From the NCBI GenBank assembly GCA_951406725.2, contig OX597816.1, positions 141,298,001 through 141,362,000 on the forward strand: a stretch of 64,000 nt of DNA. Reading direction: 5' to 3'. A model generated the notes under the pieces. That model had not been told where the DNA came from, made no database searches, and saw only the letters and a program-made list of their open reading frames with translations. This document shows, piece after piece, positions 1 through 12,420 of this stretch. The position numbers and the translations under genes were made by a program. Numbering within the stretch: position 1 is the stretch's first letter; each line of letters opens with the position of its first letter. Source of the DNA: Octopus vulgaris. Its lineage: Eukaryota.

Positions 1-25
1 AAACAATAGTTTTAACAACACATGT

Positions 26-208
26 ATCATCATCATCGTTTAACGTCCGTTCTCCATGCTAGCATGGGTTGGACGGTTCGACCGGGGATCTGGGAAGCCA
101 GAAGGCTGCACCAGGCTCCAGTCTTATCTGGCAATGTTTCTACAGCTGGATGCCCTTCCTAACGCCAACCACTCCGTGAGTGTAGTGGGTGCTTTTTACG
201 TGCCCGGT
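26..208 (-). mobile_element. SINE family A (RTE-like 3' tail ending in (GAT)n), 3' fragment
   Basis: catcatcgtttaacgtccgtt...ggatgcccttcctaacgccaaccactccgtgagtgtagtgggtgc; same block at 10601, 29350-29531, 32765, 37530-37740 and 40260-40420. Confidence 0.8.
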
Positions 209-615
209 ACAGAAACCCCCACAAAAATAGACGATTAAGGAGGGAAGCAATACTTTATAGCTGAGCACAATGTTAAAATAAGCACACCAACTACTTACGG
301 TAATCACAAACATAAATAAAATACCCCCTGACTAATGTTGTGTAGAGCTAATGTTAAAAAACTCAAATTCTGAGGTAACACCTTACCAATTACAGAGTAG
401 TAGCAGCAATATATACCAACACCACTTCATTCAAAAGGTGATAGCATGAATATCTAAGTTCATGATGAATTTTCAAACTCTACATTTCTAAACAAACTAA
501 GGAACTCATATAAAAAAAACAAACAAAAAAAACTAAATAGTTTCATGAAAAAATATTACTAGACCACAGTCCTGTTTTTAATACAGCATGTTTATAAGAA
601 AAGCTGTCCCCACCA

Positions 616-647
<32 letters not shown>

Positions 648-706
648 GTATAGACACACGCACACATACTTTTATATTGTTGAGTAGTATACTCCTGGTT
701 ATGGGA

Positions 707-1116
707 TGTAACAAGACCAGCTAGAAAGTTACCATTGAACCAATGGTAACTTTCTGATGGGTTATATGCCATAATCAGGAATATACTACTTGGTAATATA
801 AAAGTATAACTGCTCAAATTCTATTTTAGAGTGTGCTGTCTTTTCAGACTTGCAGCCAACTGACTGATAATGTGTGTGTGTGTGTCTATGTAACTCAATG
901 AATGTGTTAAGTGCCCTTCTTTCATTTGTCCACCTACTCCTATATATGAATGAAAGAAAAAAGGTGTTCAGAATGCTGGATGGTTGTAAAAAAAATATTT
1001 ATTTACATATCACATATTATTTCTTCATATTAGCACTTTCAACTATATTGTTCAGCATTCTGAACACCTTTTTTCTTTCATATATATTAAATCTGTACAT
1101 CACCCCCAATACTTCT

Positions 1117-1160
<44 letters not shown>

Positions 1161-1450
1161 ACCATCCAGCATTCTGAACACCTTTTTTCTTTCATTCATA
1201 TATAGGAGTAGGTGGACAAATGAAAGAAGGGCACTTAACACATTCATTGAGTTACATAGACACACACACACACACACACACACACATTATCAGTCAGTTG
1301 GCTGCAAGTCTGAAAAGACAGCACACTCTAAAATAGAATTTGAGCAGTTATACTTTTATATTACCAAGTAGTATATTCCTGATTATGGCATATAACCCAT
1401 CAGAAAGTTACCATTGGTTCAATGGTAACTTTCTAGCTGGTCTTGTTACA
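707..1450. repeat. Long inverted repeat, arms ~707-988 and ~1157-1450, spacer contains (TA)n
   Basis: Arms are reverse complements apart from (TG)n length; the mirror ORFs 874+/1017- and 578-/1340+ share peptides. Confidence 0.95.
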
Positions 1451-1790
1451 TATATACACACACACACATGTGAATGGCTGGGTATTCCAAAAACACTTAT
1501 ACCCATAATTTCAAGCAGACTTAACATGACACTGTATGACAAGCACACCTTCCTTCACAACAAATCCCAAATGAAATCAATCCATCTGGTTTTTGCATAC
1601 TTTTTAATCTACCTGATTTGACTTACAAAACTGGAGTTGACTGGAAACAATAGTAGAAATTACCTTCACATGATGTTGCACAGAAGGTTTGAAACCAAAA
1701 TCTTGTGATTGCCAAGCAGACTTCTTAACCACATTAACATGGACCAATTATGTATACTATTGTAAACAACAGCAACAATTATGATAATCA

Positions 1791-2002
1791 TTTCTCCTAT
1801 AGACACAAGGCCTGAGATTTTGGGGGATGGGGTAAGTCAATTACACTGACTCCAGTACATAACTGGTACTTATTTTATCGACTCTGAAAGGATGAAAAGC
1901 AAAGCAGACCTTGGTGGAATTTGAACTCAGAATGTAAAGACAGACAAAATACCACTAAGCATTTTGCCTGGTGCGCTAACAATTCTGCAAGCTCACCACC
2001 TT
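1791..2002 (-). mobile_element. SINE family C (tRNA-derived head, gcctttcatcctttcggggtcgataaaataagtaccag central domain)
   Basis: Reverse complement matches copies at 18088, 22915, 23790, 32935 and 52160. Confidence 0.8.
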
Positions 2003-2335
2003 AACAATAATAATAATAATAATTTTCAACTAGCAATAACCATGCCTTTGCATATTTGAGGAAAAGAGTTACTGAAGAGTTAGGAAAATAATCAGTGCTG
2101 ACACCAGTATATTATCTGACTGGTGTTTTGGTATTTTCTTTTATTGACCTTGGGAAAGGTGTAAGACAAAGTAGACCTAACAGGATAAGTGTATGATTAT
2201 TTTAAAGGGGACACTCTGTCATGGTGAAAGTGTTTGAGCTTAACAAGTTTGGTTTACAAGTGGAAAATTTGGTCAATGAAAGAAAAGTTGATATTTGAAA
2301 TTCTTAATTTTGAAGGTTGCTGGTATGATTTCTGT

Positions 2336-2559
2336 TTAATCCTTTTGATACCAACCCACTTGAGACCGACTCTGGTTATTTGATACAGATTTCTGGTTTT
2401 AAGTGATCTCACTCAAAAACTTTCATCAAAGTTTCATGTTAATTTATGTTTCAGACACCAGCTCCATAATAACAGAGTTTACTAAATTCTTCATTTTTAC
2501 TAAATTGATGTAAACGAAGGCAGGGTATTTCAGTAGATATATGGTACTGAAAGGGTTAA
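2336..2559. mobile_element. piggyBac-like MITE
   Basis: TTAA at both ends; imperfect TIRs tccttttgatacca / tggtactgaaaggg; inverted relative at ~47799-48366. Confidence 0.65.
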
Positions 2560-3404
2560 AGAATTAATGCAAGTAACCAATATGTAGTGTTTGAGAAAAC
2601 TTGTCCATCTTAGCAAAAATGAGGCCCTAAAAGTATACTACTTATGTCTATGCTCCTTCACCCAATCTGCCCATGATGAGTACCACTGCCCATCTTCCTC
2701 ACACTCATCCTGCCATCACTTTTCTGTCTATGGCACTACTTACTCAGCTGCTGTAAATTATAAGAGCAAAACTGCACATACTTCATACCTTACCACTCAC
2801 TCTTCCTGAAAGCACTTCCTTTTTTCTATGCATTCTCAGCATCATCCCTTACCATCTTCTTTTTTACTGAATGACCCTTTAACCTTTCCTTGTACACCCA
2901 GTCATTTTTTGCCTACAGCTCCCTCCCCATTACCTCTATTCATCGCCCACTGTTCCCACTCTCATGTACCTCTGACTCTGTTTCTGGCCTCATTCAGCTC
3001 TTTGTTGCACCTTATTTCCACATATTTCATGTCATCGTTACTGTCACCTGTTACTTCTCTGACCCATACCTGCTTCCTCCACCTTCCCCTCTAACTGATA
3101 TTCACAGCTGACCATGTCTTTCACCTCTCATTGCATTTCCCTCCATCCCATTTCTATCTATCTGCCACTTGCTTCTCAAATTTCCATGAACTTACCTACT
3201 CAACTATACCACTTCTCTTATATTCACCTTCCTGTAATTTTAGGGTACTCACAGACACATCTCCACCACTATTATCTTTCTTTTCCAGCTGGAATAATCA
3301 TGTATCGCCCCTGCAACAAAGCACCTGTTCCTGTTCCTTTACCATTCTTTAACCTTTCCACACCTGGTAAAAAACCACCTCTTTCAATATTACTTGCCTC
3401 CTTA

Positions 3405-3617
3405 GTCAAGGGATTTGTCTTGCAAGTTACTAAGTGACCTCACTAGTGCTAATACCATGTAAAAAGTACCCAATTCACTCTGTGAAGTAGTTGGTGTTAG
3501 GAAGGGCATCCAGCTGTAGAAACCATGCCAAAGCAGAAATTAGACCTTTACACAGCCCTTTGGCTTGCCATCTTCTATCAAACCATCCAACTCATTCTAG
3601 CATGGAAAAATGGACAT

Positions 3618-3620
<3 letters not shown>
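3405..3620 (+). mobile_element. SINE family A relative (RTE-like tail) ending in (TAA)n
   Basis: gttggtgttaggaagggcatccagctgtagaaacc...catggaaaaatggacatt followed by (TAA)n. Confidence 0.7.
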
Positions 3621-3660
<40 letters not shown>

Positions 3661-4965
3661 GAAGAAGAAGAAGAAAATACGCAAGCTGCTGAGTTGTAAT
3701 AGGATGCACCACCCAAAGGCAGACGTAGATCACCTTTACCTTCCCAGAGCCCAAGGAGGTCGAGGCCTGATCCAATTTGAACTAGTTTACAAAACAACCA
3801 CAATTGGACTGGCCAAATATCTTGAAATAATGAATGACTGGATGCTAAAGCTCGTAGAAAATCACGAGAGACGAAAGAAGCTTCATTCTATCATAAAGGA
3901 AAGCAAAAACTTTGCTATTGATCTCGTGCAGGATACCCAAACTGAACAACCCGAGGGAAGTACGGCAACTATTGTTGCAAAGAAGGTGAAAATAATGGCA
4001 ATGAAAAAAGCGCATGAGCAATTGGCTGATAGGTGGGAGGAGAAACCTCTGCACGGCAAATATGTGGCCTGTAGCAAACAAGCTGATGTTGACCAGAAGC
4101 AAACCCATCAGTGGCTACGGAGCTCAGGGCTAAAAGCAGAGAGCGATGGTTTCATCCTGGCTGCTCAAGATCAAAGCCTATTAACCCAGAACTACCAGGC
4201 CAATGTGATGAAAAATGGAGCAGACCCAAAATGCCAATTCTGCAACGACATGATTGAAACAGTGGACCACCTTATCTCTGGATGTAAAGTCTTAGCACCA
4301 GTGGAGTATAAATTAAGACATGACAGAGTTGGCCAATATCTACACTGGCTAATAAGTCGGCATTACAATATCAAAACTGTGACAAGTGGTATAATCACCA
4401 CCCTGAAGCTGTAACTGAAGGAGAAAATGTAACCATTCTGTGGGACTTTCCTGTACATACAGACCAAACCATCAAAGCCAATAAACCGGATATTGTTGTG
4501 AAAGACCAAAACAATAAAGTTTGCTTATTGATCGACATGAGCATCCCCTGTGATCATAATATCTTGGCAAAAGAGTTTGACAAGCTCAGAAAATATAAAG
4601 ACCTGCTCATTGAAATTGAGAAAATGTGGCATCTCAAGGCGGTTACAATACCAGTGATCGTAGGAGTATTAGGAATGATCAAGAAGGGAACCGAAAATTA
4701 TATGAGAATGATCCCTGGCTTACCATCCCTGTAAGAAGTGCAAAAGATTGTCTTAACTGGTACATCACACGTATTGAGAAGAGCATTGTCGATGTGAGAA
4801 CTATTACTACCCATGTATTTTCATTTAACTTTAAAAAAAAAAATGAACGAACTAGTGAGTTTAGTTTAATGGCCTACCAATGTATACTATGAGTTTCTTT
4901 GCCCTAGCAGTCGGGAAGGCACTCGGCAAGAAATGGAAGCAAATTTGAAAGAAGAAGAAAAAAAA
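3661..4965 (+). mobile_element. 5'-truncated non-LTR retrotransposon, R4/Dong-like (RT thumb, CCHC knuckle, restriction-like endonuclease), disabled
   Basis: LYLPRAQGGRGL, HGKY, ESDGFILAAQDQSL, CQFC...HLISGC, RHDRV, KPDIVV, LIDMSIP, KEFDKLRKY; frameshift near 4380-4410 and stop at 4732; flanked by (TAA)n, the known Dong target. Confidence 0.9.
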
Positions 4966-5038
4966 ATAACAATAATAATAATAATAATAATAATAATGAT
5001 AATAATAATGATAATAATAATAATGATAATAATAATAA

Positions 5039-5337
5039 TCAAGAAGGGAACCGAAAATTATATGAGAATGATCCCTGGCTTACCATCCCTGCAAGAAGTG
5101 CAAAAGATTGTCTTAACTGGTACATCACACGTATTGAGAAGAGCATTGTTGATGTGAGAACTGTTGCTGCTCATGTATTTTAATTTAACTTAAAAAAAAA
5201 AAAAAAAAAAAATGAACGAACTATTGAGTTTGGTTTAATGGCCTACCAATGTATACTATGAGTTTCTTTGCCCTAGCAGTCGGGAAGACACTCGGCAAGA
5301 AATGGAAGCAAATTTGAAAGAAGAAGAAAAAAAAAGA
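5039..5337 (+). mobile_element. Second, shorter 3'-end copy of the same Dong-like LINE
   Basis: Near-identical to ~4679-4965 but has CAA where the first copy has a TAA stop; (TAA)n on both sides. Confidence 0.9.
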
Positions 5338-5341
5338 TAAC

Positions 5342-5379
<38 letters not shown>

Positions 5380-8339
5380 TAATAATAATGATAATAATAA
5401 TAATAATAATGATGATGCTGAGAAGGAGGAAAGGGAATGTCTCCTAAATTTACATGGACTTTTGAAACAAATACTTTACTATAGATTTGTGGTGTAACTT
5501 GGATGAAATATATATATGGATATAACATTTGTCTATTGTAGATTATTCCAAATAATCTACTTATTCTCAACATCTATATGAATTGAGGCAATGCAATGAA
5601 ATGCTTTAACAGACACTTAATAAAATACCAGTTGTGGCATTGAATTTGTGACCCATGAGTAGGTTGTCTAATACTTTATTCACTCACTACATCTAATGTT
5701 TGATAATCAATAGACTCCTGATAACTGGTTGGAATAAAATTACTAGATTTGTGAACAAGCAGGGCAGAGTAGATGGCTATTGACTAGAATTAAGTATGAT
5801 TGAAGGTCCATTTACATTATGGAACTTAATTAATCTAATTGTGTCATAATCAGTAAGATAAAATGATGTAAAATGGTGAGTTCCATAATTCTTTCATTAC
5901 AAGATCATTCTTAAGTGAAGATATCCTGTATGTTCTATTTAGAGTATGAAAAAAGTTATTTTCTTGTTCTCGTTGGCTAATAAAGGTTTATTTTGCTAAA
6001 GTCATCAACTGCTTTTTCGTTTTTCATTAATTAAGCTCTGTCTTAATGTTTATTACAAGTGGTATACAGATGAATGACCTACTTAACAGAAAACATTTGA
6101 ATTAATGAAACTCTTTGTCAAACTTACCATTTTAATGTTGCTCAGAGCAATGAACACTTTTTGTTACCTTCTTATGGTCTATGTAGACTGAACTCTTGAG
6201 AATGGCATGTTTAAGATCATAGGTGAAGCTGGACTGGTAACAGAATCCTGTATCAACCCCACCCCCACTACCTGTTAACTTAAACATTTACAATAACCTA
6301 TAATGAGAATCTTCGAAACAGGCATTTAGAGAACTATTGTCATTTGAAAGTTGGATTTTTGACAAATTTAGCTCTTTTTAGTTTACTTTGTATATACAGA
6401 AGTGGACATTGAAATTGAAAGAGTACAAGATGGTGTCTTTTTTTTTTTTTTTGATCAACAGCATGTATAGAATAGTTTACAAAAAGCCACATAGAATTTT
6501 TTGTAGCTATTTGTTCTTAAATTCTCTTTCCTGTACACTGAGTACTGCTATTCTACTCACTCCTTTATCTTCACTTTGTTTACCTTTAGGGCATTTAAAT
6601 TTTATTCTTCCAACAGTTATTTGTTCAAGGAGAAGGTAACAGGGCAGTTATTGGCATGGTTGAAGAGTTAACCTGTTAAGTGATCTCCTTTCAAATACAG
6701 TTTATAGCCTCATTATAACATCGTTATCTACTTAATTAGCACTGTCAGGTGGTATTACTTCTCACAGTAGCATGCTAATTTACACTGATAGCATCATACC
6801 AATTATGGGAGAGAAATGACTTGTCTTAACAGATAAAGAAAATTGATTCTAAAGTGATAATGATAACTGATGTTTGCATTATTTCCAGTGTAAACAATAT
6901 AAACAGTAGGTTTATAAATGCTGCATTAATAGACTGGTCAAGGACTGTGGATGGCCCTATTGACAGGGTACACAATAATTTGGCAAAGAGTTGCTATATT
7001 CTGTCACCATTTCACACTGTGTCAATAGCTGAAACACTTAACTACAACAACCAAGTCTATCTAGCCACAAATTAGGTACCTTGTGGTGATACACCTCACT
7101 GTACAATGTCTATGGCTAAGAAAATTAACTGTCATTGTACAGTGTCTGTAATCAAGTTAACTTAACTCAGTACATCCAGCTATAAATATGTCCCACATGT
7201 TTGGGGATTTATTGTTCTATGTCCATAAGTAAGACACTTGACTGTCAACAGCCTAGTCTGCATAGCTGTAGATAGGTACTACAATGAGGAACAGTTCATC
7301 ACTGTAAGCAGTGGAAACATTCTAATATTGACAAGAATATTGTTGGTTTGTAGTTCTGACTTCAACTTAAGCTGTCAGCTCTACCTATGATAGCTGTGCT
7401 AAGAAGCTAGACCTTTAGTTTCAATTCTAACATCACTAATCTAGAGCAGGCTTGAACATGAATCATCATTTGCAAATGTATTCCTTTGTCCAGTTATTGA
7501 TGATGGTCACAAGTATTAACAAATCCAGTTTTTGATGGTGTCATGTATTACTATGGCTAGTTGTAGATGATACCTATTTGTAGGCAGATATGTATATTTC
7601 TTACAGTAACACTTTGCTGTAACTATTTTGTTACAGATTTGACTATTAAACTCTAGTTACATCAAATTTGATTTGATTTTCAACAAGGAAAAGAACAAAA
7701 CTTGCTCTTTTTTTTTCTCTCGCAGTGTTATCTTCATCATTTAATGTCTACTTTTCTGTGCTTGTATGAATCAGATGAAATTTGTTGAGGAAGATTTTCT
7801 ACACCTGGATGCTTCTTTCTGTCATCAATCTGTTTCCAGGCAAGGTAATATTTCTCCATGGCCAGACATATTTTTCATGGTTGACTGGAAATGAACAACT
7901 TCCTCATTTACAACTATGACATGATGTCAAGACAAGGGTACACAAAAACATATGCTACACATGCATGCATGCATCCATCCATACATACATACATACACCC
8001 CTCCACACTTACTTTGTTCTTTCCACTGTTCTTTCTTTTGTTCCCCCTCTCTCACATTTCCTGGCTTTCTCTTCATTCTCACCTTCCCTCCTCTTTCACT
8101 TCACTCTGTCCTTTTTCTTTTTTTCTCATCCCTCCCTAATTCTTCTGTCCCTCTGCCTCTACCTCTCTCCTCTCTCCTCTCTCTCCACATCACCGGAGTT
8201 CGTCCAAGCCTGACCTTTCTTTCTTGATTCAACTACCATCCGTGCAACATCTATATTCCTCACCATGCCTGTCATCTCTTATGTCCCAGCCGTAAGGCTT
8301 CACTTCCACACACACCATCTTAATTTAATTCATCCTTAG

Positions 8340-8700
8340 TTAAAAGACACCTGTTATTATATCCTTTGTATTATGCATTTGTATTTGTGTACCATTTCTC
8401 TGGTTTTTTCTCTGTCCTTGTTTTTGTATACATTCACTGCTTTTCCCCAAGGAATCTAGTGCTCTTAGCTTAGTTTTTTCCTTGGGGTTGACCAGATTGG
8501 AGCAACTTTGAGTATAACCAGCTGAAATTGCAAGGATAATCTGGAACTCAACTGAGGAAAGAAAACTTCGTTTGACTTGTCTGTGTTTTTTCTTGTCCCT
8601 TTTTTGTATCATCTGTCTGGATGTTTTGTTGTCCCTTTTTTGTATCATGTAACTGTCTGGATGTTTTGTGTTCTTGTCCCATTTTTTGTATTCCTTTTCA
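8340..8700. repeat. Unclassified dispersed repeat (copy 1), possibly PLE-derived
   Basis: Similar to 53625-53940 (aatctagt..tagcttagttttttc.tgggg...cagctgaaattgc.aggat.atctgg). Confidence 0.6.
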
Positions 8701-9029
8701 TATACATACCTATATGTATGCATGCATCCATACATACATACATGATGGACTTTTGTTTTCATTCTGTTCCTCAATTGTGTTGTTGACGTTGTGTCTAGCC
8801 ATGTTGTTTGTAGTAACTTTCTGTATGGAATATTCAAGTTTCAGTTAAAAATCACTATGATCATGTATAAAAGGCTCCCTCTGTTAATTCATCTTAAGAT
8901 TAACCAGTTATTTAACACGGCTGATGGTTGTGGCTCCAAAGTTGGAGTTAGTATTCATTGTATTTTTGATAAATAGTCTCCCACGCCATATATGTGACTT
9001 GCCGTTTCAAATGTTTATGTATGTAAAAT

Positions 9030-9525
9030 TGATCCCCAAATGCAGAACCACCAACATGGCAAAAAACTACTGGCCAATTGCATACCAGAACTTAATGTAT
9101 AAGATATATACAGCATGTTTAAACCTCTTCCTCCAAGACCATTGTAAAACCAATAACAATATCACAGCAGAACAAGCAGCTGGGAAGAATGGAGTCTGGG
9201 GATGTGCCGAGCAATTGCTAATCAACAAAACTGATGTCAGAGGTGTGAGAGCATAGGAGGAACCTAGTTTCAATGTGGCTAAATTACAAGAAAGCCTTTG
9301 ACTCTGTTCCCCACTCATGGATGCAAGAAGCCCTTCAACTTGCTAAAGTTCCAGTGAGAATAGTCAAAGCCATAGCTGACCTGACTTCATTATGGGCCAC
9401 CATCTTGAAATTAAACACAAAGAGTGACTATTATCACAGACAGAATACAATATTGTGAAGGTATATTCCGAGAAGACAGCCTCTCGGTGATGTTGTTTAT
9501 ACTTTCTGTAAACCCCTTGTCTTAA
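9030..9525 (+). pseudogene. Reverse transcriptase fragment of an RLE-clade (R4/Dong-like) LINE
   Basis: LIPK...YWPIAYQNLMYKIYT...EQAAGKNGVWGCAEQLLINK, WLNYKKAFDSVPHSW, GIF..DSLSVMLFILSVNPLS, with frameshifts. Confidence 0.85.
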
Positions 9526-9741
9526 TTTTAATTTTAACCTGAAAGGTTAGAAGATAAAGTTGACCTTGATAGAATTTGAACTGGAAGTGCAGAAAGCTAG
9601 AACACTGCAAGGCATTTTATCAGGCTCTCTGACAACTGTACCAAATGGTGTACATGGAGGCTAAGACTATATGCTTCAACAAATAAAGAGAAATCAATGA
9701 TTCTAACCATTTGCAACACAAGCTTTGAAAAGCTAGTCTGT

Positions 9742-10150
9742 AACTGTGGTTGTGTAGTAAGAAACTTGCTTTCCAACCACATTGTTCTAGGTTCAGTCCC
9801 ACTGTATGGCATCTTAGGCAAGTGTCTTCTACTATAGCCTGATGCTGACCAAAGCCTTGTGAATAGATTTGGTAGAAGGAAACTAGAAGAAGCCCATCTA
9901 TCTATATATGTGTGTGTGTGTGTGTGTGTGTCTTTGTGTCTGCGTCTGTGTTTGTTCCCTATCACTGCTTGACAACTGGTGTTGGTGTGTTTATGCTCCC
10001 TTAACTTAGCAGTTTGGCAAAAGTAATTGATAGAATAAGTGCCAGGCTTTGCAAAAAAATAATAAGTACTGTGATCAGTTCATTCGACTAAAATTCTTCA
10101 AGGTGGGGCCCCAGCATGACTGCAGTCTAACGACTGAAACAAGTAAAAGA
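9742..10150 (+). mobile_element. SINE family B (tRNA head, CORE-like block, internal (TA)/(TG)n, tgactgaaacaagtaaaaga end)
   Basis: Matches the best-preserved copy at 60452-60845. Confidence 0.85.
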
Positions 10151-10600
10151 GAAAAGCTAGATAACTGGTCACATGTCACTCAAGTGGACATGAGAACCAG
10201 AAGGAGCTTGTTGCTTAGTAAAAACAAGACAAGAGACTAACACCACATGCTTCTCTGATGAGAAATACACTCATTTGAATAGTATAGTGTTAGGGACATT
10301 TAGACATTTAGTTGAGTCTGAGGAAGACTCAGAAGCAACATATAAGAGAAGGTAAGTGTGAGATTTCCAAACAACAAGGAGAGAGAGGTGAAAGCTGTAA
10401 TGTACAGGACAGTTACACATTCTTATCAGCAGCTTGCTGCAAGTCTTTAATATATTCAATATTTTGTTGATGAAGATCTCTGTCCAAATGGTGGACAAAG
10501 TGTAACTATAGTGGCTTTAAGAGTTAAATAAAAGATTTGGAAATATCAGGTCATCCCATAAGTTCTGTCTGAATTTTGAGTAAAGAAAACAAGTGATCAA

Positions 10601-12420
10601 ATCATCATCATCATCATCATCATTTAGCGTCCGTTTTCCATGCTAGCATGGGTTGGACGGTTTAACTGGGGTCTGTGAAGCCAGAAGGCTTCATCAGGCC
10701 CAGTCAGATTTGGCAGTGTTTCTACGGCTGGATGCCCTTCCTAACGCCAACCACTCCGCGAGTGTAGTGGGTGTCTTTTACGTGCCACCTGCACAGGTGC
10801 CAGACAGAGCTGGCACAACGGCCACGAACCGATGGTGCTTTTACGTGTCACCGGCACGGGGCCAGGCGATGCTGGCAACGAACACGAACGGATGGTGCTT
10901 TTACGTGCCACCAACACGGGGCCAGACAGAGCTGGCAAACGGCCACGAACGGACGGTGCTTTTACGTGTCACCGGCACGGGGGCCAGCCGAGGCTGGCAA
11001 CAAACACGAACGGATGGTGCTTTTACGTGCCACCGACACGGGGCCAGACAGAGCTGGCAAACGGCCACGAACGGACGGTGCTTTTACGTGTCACCGGCAC
11101 AGGGGCCAGCCGAGGCTGGCAACGAACACGAACGGATGGTGCTTTTACGTGTCACCGACACGGGGGCCAGACAGAGCTGGCAAACGGTCACGAGTGAATG
11201 GTGCTTTTACGTGTCACCGGCACGGGGCCAGGCGATGCTGGCAACGAACACGAACGGATGGTACTTTTACGTGCCACCAACACGGGGCCAGACAGAGCTG
11301 GCAAACGGCCACGAACGGACGGTGCTTTTACGTATCACCAACATGGGGGCCAGCCGAGGCTGGCAACGAACACGAACGGATGGTGCTTTTACGTGCCACC
11401 GACACGGGGCCAGACAGAGCTGGCAAACGGCCACAAACGGACGGTGCTTTTATGTGTCACCGGCACGGGGGCCAGCCGAGGCTGGCAACGAACACGAACG
11501 GATGGTGCTTTTACGTGTCACCGACACGGGGGCCAGACAGAGCTGGCAAACGGCCATGAGTGAATGGTGCTTTTACGTGTCACCGGCACGGGGCCAGGCG
11601 ATGCTGGCAACGAACACGAACGGATGGTACTTTTACGTGCCACCAACACGGGGCCAGACAGAGCTGGCAAACGGCCACGAACGGACGGTGCTTTTACGTG
11701 TCACCAACATGGGGGCCAGCCGAGGCTGGCAACGAACACAAACGGATGGTGCTTTTATGTGCCACCGACACGGGGCCAGACAGAGCTGGCAAACGGCCAC
11801 GAACGGACGGTGCTTTTATGTGTCACCGGCACGGGGGCCAGCCGAGGCTGGCAACAAACACGAACAGATGGTGCTTTTACGTGTCACCGACACGGGGGCC
11901 AGACAGAGCTGGCAAACGGCCACGAGTGAATGGTGCTTTTACGTGTCACCGGCACGGGGCCAGGCGATGCTGGCAACGAACACGAACGGATGGTACTTTT
12001 ACGTGCCACCAACACGGGGCCAGACAGAGCTGGCAAACGGCCACGAACGGACGGTGCTTTTACGTGTCACCAACATGGGGGCCAGCCGAGGCTGGCAACG
12101 AACACAAACGGATGGTGCTTTTACGTGCCACCGACACGGAGCCAGACAGAGCTGGCAAACGGCCATGAACGGACGGTGCTTTTATGTGTCACCGGCACGG
12201 GGGCCAGCCGAGGCTGGCAACAAACACGAACAGATGGTGCTTTTACGTGTCACCGACACGGGGGCCAGACAGAGCTGGCAAACGGCCACGAGTGAATGGT
12301 GCTTTTACGTATCACCGACACGGGTGCCAGACGAGGCTGGCAGCGGACACAGATATATGATTTGATTTTGATTGTTCTCACTGGTCTTGCCGGGTCTTCT
12401 CACGCACAGCATACTTCCAT
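10601..12420 (-). mobile_element. SINE family A with a greatly expanded internal repeat, nested in the mariner
   Basis: (CAT)n tail and family A 3' block at 10601-10770; mariner sequence resumes at ~12421. Confidence 0.85.
10771..12345. repeat. Minisatellite: ~26 x ~61-bp units with a 366-bp (6-mer) higher-order repeat
   Basis: Unit ggtgcttttacgtg(c/t)cacc(g/a)(g/a)cacggggccag...ctggcaa; marker gagtgaatgg at 11192, 11558, 11924 and 12290 (spacing 366). Confidence 0.95.

Noticed and set aside
6121-6250. Possible minus-strand exon (CAG...GTAAGT)
   Set aside because: Poor polypyrimidine tract, stop before the donor and no recognisable protein
10771-12345. CRISPR-like appearance of regular repeats
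   Set aside because: The intervening sequences are themselves repeated rather than unique spacers; eukaryotic SINE context and no cas genes
10653-12365. 570-aa ORF and overlapping 121-aa ORFs
   Set aside because: Read-through of a 61-bp minisatellite; the same peptides appear in all frames and there is no real start
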